Of a stretch of 64,000 nt of DNA, positions 57,907-64,000 are shown piece by piece. Within the stretch, counting starts at the first letter, position 1. Every line of letters starts with the position of its first letter. The stretch is from a virus. Below the pieces are notes generated by a model that was not told the origin of the DNA, did no database searches, and worked only from the letters and a program-made list of their open reading frames with translations. The position numbers and the translations under genes are program-made. The stretch covers positions 71,866-135,865 of the IMG/VR virus record IMGVR_UViG_3300050034_000187. One strand, 5' to 3'.

Positions 57907-58356
57907 ATGAAAACTGCACACGATTTTACCGGATTTCAACTCATCGTGGTATTGATGATTGTTGTTCCGTTTATTTTTCTTCCAGCAATGCTGTTTAGCT
58001 ATTACATGCATAGTACTCTTTTGGTACTTTGCCTGTTTTTTGCTAGTTGGCCTATTTCTGGGATGTTTACCGCTGCAATGCTTGGCTATTATGTTCGGAA
58101 AGCAGCAGACATTAATCGGAGGAATCATGTAGAAACTCCTTGCATTTTCTTTCCAAGAATTCTTGATCAGTTGACCAATGGACCAATCTTTGAATGGATT
58201 GCGATCTTTTCATGGATGTTTTTGTGCAGTATTGGTGGATATTTTATTTCTGTTTTCAACTTGGTGGTTTGCCATTGGATGAAGCAGCATATTCGTACCT
58301 TGATGGTGACCGAAGTTCAGAATGAAGTTTGGGATATGCGCCAAAATAATCGGTAA
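57907..58356 (+). CDS. membrane protein
   Basis: RBS GAGGGG; several TM segments; promoter TTTACA-17-TATTAT upstream. Confidence 0.6.
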   Translation: MKTAHDFTGFQLIVVLMIVVPFIFLPAMLFSYYMHSTLLVLCLFFASWPISGMFTAAMLGYYVRKAADINRRNHVETPCIFFPRILDQLTNGPIFEWIAIFSWMFLCSIGGYFISVFNLVVCHWMKQHIRTLMVTEVQNEVWDMRQNNR

Positions 58357-58402
58357 GAATTGTCAAAATCGTGCTATAATAAGGTTATTGAAAAGGAGAA
58401 AC

Positions 58403-58618
58403 ATGAATTATTTCGCAGATGGAACACAGGTTACTATTCATTCGCTCGGTATTGACACTCCCGGAGAATTCCATGCAATTGTTCGCGGGATTGCTGTCAA
58501 GGATAACGTCGAACCTGCCCAGATTTACATTCTGGAAATGGTTGATGTGATTGATGCCGACTACGAATATCGATTTGCTACGTTTCCTCGTGCTTGCCTT
58601 CGGGAAGGATGGAATTAA
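58403..58618 (+). CDS. hypothetical protein
   Basis: RBS AAGGAG. Confidence 0.6.
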   Translation: MNYFADGTQVTIHSLGIDTPGEFHAIVRGIAVKDNVEPAQIYILEMVDVIDADYEYRFATFPRACLREGWN

Positions 58619-58843
58619 ATGGTGGATATTATCAAGTTTGCAAATCCGGTGGGCGTCAGTAAGATAAGTGGATCTGGTGTGGTCACTTCAAAGATTGGAA
58701 AGGAGGATACGACCATTGCTGGTGTGGTGCTTTTTGCAGAAGCAACTCCCTATATCAATCTCAAATTGAATCGAAAAGTGACCATAGAAGAATTACATGG
58801 CATTATTTCCGAGCTTGCTGATTTGGAAAAAGCATTAAAGTAG
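58619..58843 (+). CDS. hypothetical protein
   Basis: coupled start. Confidence 0.55.
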   Translation: MVDIIKFANPVGVSKISGSGVVTSKIGKEDTTIAGVVLFAEATPYINLKLNRKVTIEELHGIISELADLEKALK

Positions 58844-58900
58844 TTGACAATCTGCTGATTTTTTGATATTATTTAAGAGTCCTAGAAAGGGATAATCACA

Positions 58901-59176
58901 ATGACGTATTCTTCTTATGCTACAGAAATGGAAAACGGTTGGAATAAGAATGTTATTGGGAAGAAGGCATACGCGCACGGATTGACCCGGGAGACGAAGA
59001 TTTTGTATTGCGTAGCCAAAATTAATAAGGCTCCGTATACCATCACAGATCGTACTTCTGGTTTAGTTATCCCCTGTGAGACAATTGAAGAAGCTCGTTC
59101 TGAGTTTGGTCGTATTCAGAAGAAGCTATATGCCAAAGGTTGGAAAACTTCAGATAAGATTTGCAAAATCTATTAA
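58901..59176 (+). CDS. hypothetical protein
   Basis: promoter TTGACA-17-TATTAT at 58844. Confidence 0.6.
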   Translation: MTYSSYATEMENGWNKNVIGKKAYAHGLTRETKILYCVAKINKAPYTITDRTSGLVIPCETIEEARSEFGRIQKKLYAKGWKTSDKICKIY

Positions 59177-59185
59177 GGAGAGGAA

Positions 59186-59377
59186 ATGGATACGAATGAT
59201 ATTTTGGAAGTTCTTCGCGATGCAGAAATGAAGTTTGTTGCCCTGTATCGGTCGGTCGCTCCCTTGGGAAATTATAATACATCAGATAACTACTGTGCAG
59301 ATCGCGATGAATCTGTTCAAAAGGTACGGGCCACGATTTTTACTTTGGAAAAGGAGATTCATGAAAGAGTTAATTGA
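59186..59377 (+). CDS. hypothetical protein
   Basis: RBS AAGGAG. Confidence 0.55.
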   Translation: MDTNDILEVLRDAEMKFVALYRSVAPLGNYNTSDNYCADRDESVQKVRATIFTLEKEIHERVN

Positions 59378-61358
59378 AACGTTGAATAGCGAGTTGAAGA
59401 ATTACCAGCATGCCTATTATGCTGGTAATCCCCTTGTTTCCGATGCAGAATATGATCAAAAAGAACAGCAACTTATTTCTTTGATCAAAAGCAATCCCCA
59501 ATATTCTAATATTGCCACGGTTCTATATACTGTTGGAACTAAGGATAGCTCTGGCCGAATTCCGCATACCCGTCCAATGAAGTCTATCGAAAATCATTAT
59601 ACCAAAGAGTCTGCGGTTGATGAAGCTCGGACATATGGCAAAATTGTTTTGGTTGAGCAAAAGCGAGATGGTATATCCAACGAAATTACCTACGTTGACG
59701 GGGATCTTATTCAATCTGTCACGCGAGGAGATGGCGCAGCAGGAGAAGATCAAACTCTCCAAACAAAGGCTTGCAAATTGATTCCGCAACATATCAATTC
59801 TCCCGTACACATTTTAAAAGTGCGCGGAGAAATGGTGATGCGCAAGGATGAATTGGAACGTATCAATGCTTTGCAAGAAGCCAAGGGCCTTCCTGCATAT
59901 GCCAATACTCGCAATCTGGTTGCTGGTACATTGAAAAATAAAGATACTAGGATTATATCTGAACGAAACATTTTTTTGATGCCGTGGGATGTATACTCTC
60001 CTAATGAAGATGATACTTTGCCAGATAGCGCATATGAAAGAATGCTTCTTTTGGAATCGCTCGGTTTTCCAAAGTATCAGGGATTCATTGCACACAATAT
60101 CAATGAGATTGAACCATTGATTGATAGGGTTCTGAAGTTCAATGAGACTGATTCCATCCAGAATGATGGCGTTGTAATTAAGACTGATTCTCATAAGCTT
60201 CGTAATGTACTTGGTGTAAAAACGAAATTTACAAACTTTCAGTGCTGCTATAAAAATCAGCACATTAGTGCAGAAACCACCATTCTTGGCATTGAATGGG
60301 GGGTTGGTCGGCAAGGAAAAGTTACGCCGGTATTATTGATTGATCCTATTGATTTGGGTGGAGCAATCACTTCTCGGGCAACCGGAAACAACGTTACTTG
60401 GATGAATGCTCTTGGTATTCAAAATGGATCGGTGGTAAGCGTGTGCCGCAGTGGAGAAGTAATTCCGATGGTGACCGAAGTTATCGATAATTCGCATGCT
60501 ACTCCCTTTGATATTCCAGAAGTATGCCCTGCCTGTGGAAATAAACTGGAAGTGAATTGCGATAATGGAATTACAATTCTATTCTGCCGCAATTCTTTAT
60601 GTGAAGGAAAAGCAGCAGAAACATTTTATTACATTGCAGATCGTGCTACTCTGGAAATTGATAATCTTGGAATTGAAATGGCAAAAGAATTGATCGAACA
60701 TCATATTACTAGTTTAAGTGATCTATTTGAGTTTGCGAATGTATCAATTAATGCTCCAGCAACTTATTTTAAGAACACCTTGCAGTTTCGTTCAGGGGCG
60801 AATGTAGTAAAAATGGTCAAGTCTATTCAAGATGCAAAGACTAGAGATTGGGATAAGTGGTTTGCTGCATTTGGTATTCCAATGGTTGGTCATACTCTTG
60901 GAAAAGTGATTGCTACAAAGTTGAATCTGCAAAGTGAGGATATGCAAGATCTTTGTGAGAAGATTCTAACTATTCAAGATGGGCAGATTGATGGTCTTGG
61001 AGTAGTTAAATTGCAATCATTGCGTACTTGGGCGAATGATGAAAAGAATGTTGCACTTTGCATTGCTCTTTATCATGATGGCGTGCGCCCACAACCATTA
61101 ACTAACAAGGAGAAAACTATGGATGGAAAATTGAATGATATTACGTTTTGTATTACCGGAACATTCAAGGAAACCTTTGGTTCTAGAACCGTTATTACTG
61201 GGCAGCTAGAGGCCCTTGGCGCGAAGTCTGTTTCTTCGGTGACCAAAGCTTGCAACCTATTGATCGCCGGAGACAAGGTGGGCTCAAAACTTTCAAAAGC
61301 TGAGAAGCTTGGAATCAAGATTGTGGGTGAAGAATGGCTGAGTTCGGCGCTGGACTAG
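59361..61358 (+). CDS. ligA: NAD-dependent DNA ligase
   Basis: YY..NP.VSDAEYD, EQKRDG (KxDG), TRGDG..GED, VRGE, NTRN..AG, DGVVIK, C4 Zn finger, BRCT (FCITG..GSKL.KA). Confidence 0.95.
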   Translation: MKELIETLNSELKNYQHAYYAGNPLVSDAEYDQKEQQLISLIKSNPQYSNIATVLYTVGTKDSSGRIPHTRPMKSIENHYTKESAVDEARTYGKIVLVEQKRDGISNEITYVDGDLIQSVTRGDGAAGEDQTLQTKACKLIPQHINSPVHILKVRGEMVMRKDELERINALQEAKGLPAYANTRNLVAGTLKNKDTRIISERNIFLMPWDVYSPNEDDTLPDSAYERMLLLESLGFPKYQGFIAHNINEIEPLIDRVLKFNETDSIQNDGVVIKTDSHKLRNVLGVKTKFTNFQCCYKNQHISAETTILGIEWGVGRQGKVTPVLLIDPIDLGGAITSRATGNNVTWMNALGIQNGSVVSVCRSGEVIPMVTEVIDNSHATPFDIPEVCPACGNKLEVNCDNGITILFCRNSLCEGKAAETFYYIADRATLEIDNLGIEMAKELIEHHITSLSDLFEFANVSINAPATYFKNTLQFRSGANVVKMVKSIQDAKTRDWDKWFAAFGIPMVGHTLGKVIATKLNLQSEDMQDLCEKILTIQDGQIDGLGVVKLQSLRTWANDEKNVALCIALYHDGVRPQPLTNKEKTMDGKLNDITFCITGTFKETFGSRTVITGQLEALGAKSVSSVTKACNLLIAGDKVGSKLSKAEKLGIKIVGEEWLSSALD

Positions 61359-61621
61359 GAATTGATGATGTTAATGGGGTTCCATTGAAAATTGGAACCC
61401 CAATTAAATTTGAAATAGAAGACGTGGGCTGCTATTATGGGTACATTAAATCTTTGATTTATGAGGCTGAGGGCCATCATGTTTTTGATATGGATAGTAG
61501 CGCAGGTTCTAACGGAAGATTTTACAAGTCCATTAATATTTCGTGGCACGATTGGGTTCGTGCGTATCAGTTAACTGTTATTTCAGAGGAAGAATATGTG
61601 CAGGGAATAATGGAGAGTTAA
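61334..61621 (+). CDS. C-terminal-tag family protein (ISEEEYVQGIMES)
   Basis: DVNGVPLKIG; tag; near-duplicate of the next gene. Confidence 0.75.
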   Translation: MAEFGAGLGIDDVNGVPLKIGTPIKFEIEDVGCYYGYIKSLIYEAEGHHVFDMDSSAGSNGRFYKSINISWHDWVRAYQLTVISEEEYVQGIMES

Positions 61622-61622
61622 T

Positions 61623-61898
61623 GTGAAAATTGAATTAGGTATTAGTGATGTTAGGGGGGTTCCATTAAAAATAGGAACCCCAATTAAATTTGGAATGGAA
61701 TCTGAATGTTATGGACACATTAAATCGCTGATTTATAAATATGATTCGGTATATCATGTTTTTGATATGGATAGTAGTGTATGCCCAGATGGAAAATTTT
61801 ACAAGAATGTTGCTAGTTCGTGGGCCGAGCACGTTAGTTTGTATCAGTTAACTGCAATTTCAGAGGAAGAATATGTACAGGGAATAATGGAGAGTTAA
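61623..61898 (+). CDS. C-terminal-tag family protein (ISEEEYVQGIMES)
   Basis: tandem paralog of 61334. Confidence 0.75.
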   Translation: MKIELGISDVRGVPLKIGTPIKFGMESECYGHIKSLIYKYDSVYHVFDMDSSVCPDGKFYKNVASSWAEHVSLYQLTAISEEEYVQGIMES

Positions 61899-61899
61899 T

Positions 61900-62163
61900 A
61901 TGTTTAAATTTACAGATATGCATGAAAATGAATTACATAATGGAGATTACATTGCATTTGGAAAATTTCCTAAATTATATAGAAAAATAGATCATTTTGA
62001 GCAATCCGCAGATTTCGCATATATGTATGATGATAATACTAATATTTTGTGGTCCATTTCTCTGCTGCGCGTGGCAGATGACTGGATGATGACGTGCGCT
62101 CGTGCAAGTAATCTAGAAAAGGTTTCGGAAGAGGAATATTTGCAATGGATAATGGAGCAATAA
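61900..62163 (+). CDS. C-terminal-tag family protein (VSEEEYLQWIMEQ)
   Basis: DMHENELHNGD; tag. Confidence 0.78.
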   Translation: MFKFTDMHENELHNGDYIAFGKFPKLYRKIDHFEQSADFAYMYDDNTNILWSISLLRVADDWMMTCARASNLEKVSEEEYLQWIMEQ

Positions 62164-62164
62164 A

Positions 62165-62463
62165 ATGAATGATGAATTGGGAATTAATGATGTTAATGGT
62201 GTTCCATCATATATTAAATGGCAATTTTCAGATTGGAAAAAAGAAAAAATATAGAATATTGTTGGGGAATAATTACTTCGTTGATCGGTGAATGTGAATT
62301 TGCTGGCATAGAAAAATATCACTTCTTTTCAATAAGCAATTCAAATTTATCGATAATCAGGTTTTCTAAGCCAATTCTTCTTTCATGGGATCTCTGTATA
62401 TCGACATGTAGGATGACTGTTATTTCGAAAGAAGAATTTTGGCAACTTGTAATGGAGAACTAG
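62165..62463 (+). pseudogene. frameshifted tag-family gene
   Basis: MNDELGINDVNGVP start is out of frame with the tag ISKEEFWQLVMEN; A-runs at ~62247-62259. Confidence 0.6.
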
Positions 62464-62719
62464 AATATTGTTGACAGTCTAATTTATCTTTGATACTATT
62501 GAATAGTCAATGAAAGAGGATTCCATGAAGCTCACACAAACTCAAATGAAGATCATGAACAACATCGAGTATTTTGGATTCTACATCGTTAAAGGGAAAG
62601 TTGAATGATGCATTGCAGCACGCCATTATTCGAAATGACAAACAACTGATTGCTGAAATCCGCGCGAAGATTTTAAAGCGCGATGAAAATAGCAATCAAT
62701 AATTGATGGGAGAATTAGT

Positions 62720-62911
62720 ATGTCAAAAGATAAAAATGTATTTGTAATTAATTTTAATGACCCACGCATTCCAGAGGAAATTCATGCTGATTTTGTGGCG
62801 GTAATAGAGAGATTTGTTCATTTTGTGCAAGGAACTTCCGAGGATAATATGGTGGTTGGGCTTTATCCGATTGCGGATATTAAGTCGGTTTACCGCAAGG
62901 ATGTAAAGTAA
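62720..62911 (+). CDS. hypothetical protein
   Basis: RBS GGGAG. Confidence 0.55.
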   Translation: MSKDKNVFVINFNDPRIPEEIHADFVAVIERFVHFVQGTSEDNMVVGLYPIADIKSVYRKDVK

Positions 62912-63140
62912 TATGGGATGTGCGGAGAGGGAAGCAGATCGGTTTGAAGAGGAGGAAGAATATCTTGCTTCTTTGGAAACTCGATGGGAAAATGATCAAC
63001 TTAAAATTAAATATTTAACGCAGAAAAATAAATAACTGCAAGATAAGGTTGATCATTTGAAAACGGTTTGTGCAATTAAAAATTGATCCTCTTCGCCATA
63101 CCGGAAAAGATAATCCAATTATTGATGAATTACCAGAGGT

Positions 63141-63371
63141 ATGACTATGAAATTTAATTATGATGGCATTGAACTTGATAGATGGTCAAAAGGAATAGAT
63201 CATGATCGCCGATCAGAAAAGATTGGAAGAGCGCTTGGCACCATTGATTATGAAATATTTGATGATTCTATGGATTTGAAGTTTGGTGGTGCCGGGGATA
63301 ATGGAGAAACTCTGATGTATGCTCTTGATATCTATTTTGATCTTTTAGATCGGGGGAAGATAAAAGAATGA
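63141..63371 (+). CDS. hypothetical protein
   Basis: RBS GAGGT; KFGGAGDNGETLMY.LD.YF. Confidence 0.6.
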   Translation: MTMKFNYDGIELDRWSKGIDHDRRSEKIGRALGTIDYEIFDDSMDLKFGGAGDNGETLMYALDIYFDLLDRGKIKE

Positions 63372-63634
63372 AAAAATTAATTGAATGGTTTAAATTTCAA
63401 TATGCAAAATGCGTCCTTAAATCAAATAATATTTGTCTTGAACATCTTCTTCCAGAGACGTGGGAAAATAATCCGGTTTCTAATACATGGGAGCCATATA
63501 TTAGAATTTGCCCAGAATGTTTAAAGAAAATTCAAGCAGAAGACAAAGAAAGATGGAAGAAACGTTTTGCTACGTTAAATGAGGAAGAAAAAGAATTAAA
63601 TAAAGCAATTTTATATATTAAGAACAGAAAATAG
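63368..63634 (+). CDS. hypothetical Zn-binding protein
   Basis: CLEH..CPEC. Confidence 0.5.
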   Translation: MKKLIEWFKFQYAKCVLKSNNICLEHLLPETWENNPVSNTWEPYIRICPECLKKIQAEDKERWKKRFATLNEEEKELNKAILYIKNRK

Positions 63635-64000
63635 TTCTTGCATTTTGAACATTAATTTGCTATATTATATTTGTTGTTAAGAAAGAGAACACATGACGTA
63701 TACCAAGATTTTTGTAACCATGGCATTGCTTGTTAGTAGCTATGTTTCCGCCCAGAATGTTGTTGCAACCGCCATCAAGGAAAATGTTCATGCCAATGGC
63801 TATATTGAATTTTCATTGGCTCCCCCACATAACGAAATTGATCCGGGCATTTGCGGATTGCGTAATACCGATACATATTGTTCAGCTTTTGCTCGATATA
63901 TGTTAGGTGAGAATATTTCCATTCAACCATTTGCAAATGTTCCATATGCCAGCCATCTTCGAACACATTTTAACACCAATTTGCTTCTGGGGAAGACTAT

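Noticed and set aside
57793-58128. ORFs overlapping the CRISPR array (57793-58128 minus; 5' extension of 57820)
   Set aside because: They read through repeat DNA; the plausible start is the ATG at 57907 with an RBS
61334-61898. Long near-direct repeats as a mobile element or array
   Set aside because: They are two tandem paralogous tag-family genes
1213-63966. Numerous short antisense or nested ORFs in the six-frame track
   Set aside because: They lie within well-supported genes on another frame or strand and lack an RBS or recognisable motifs

Overview
AT-rich, densely coding segment of what looks like a large (jumbo/T4-like) tailed-phage genome, read in the standard genetic code. It has sigma70-type early promoters (TTGACA-N17-TAnnnT) and a TAAATA late-promoter motif. 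It encodes a Clp/chaperone set (ClpX, ClpS, ClpP, ClpA, Hsp20, J-domain protein), ThyX, Rnl1, NAD-dependent DNA ligase, an NAD salvage pair (NMNAT-NUDIX + NAMPT), an RNAP omega-like protein, baseplate-hub proteins, two IS elements (IS607 and IS200/IS605) and an orphan TnpB omega-RNA remnant. Most notable: (1) a 667-aa Cas12m-like type V effector with no RuvC catalytic residues and no Zn-finger/RuvC-III, followed by a 3-repeat/2-spacer CRISPR array with an IHF-site leader, next to an SF2 helicase; (2) about 20 small variable proteins sharing a C-terminal 'ISEEEYLQxxME' tag; (3) a tRNA-Arg(CCT)-like RNA whose D-loop-like element lies 3' of the anticodon arm; (4) a family of ADP-ribosyltransferase-like proteins with a shared 'MKINEI' N-terminus. 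All family assignments come from motif recognition by eye; no database searches were run.
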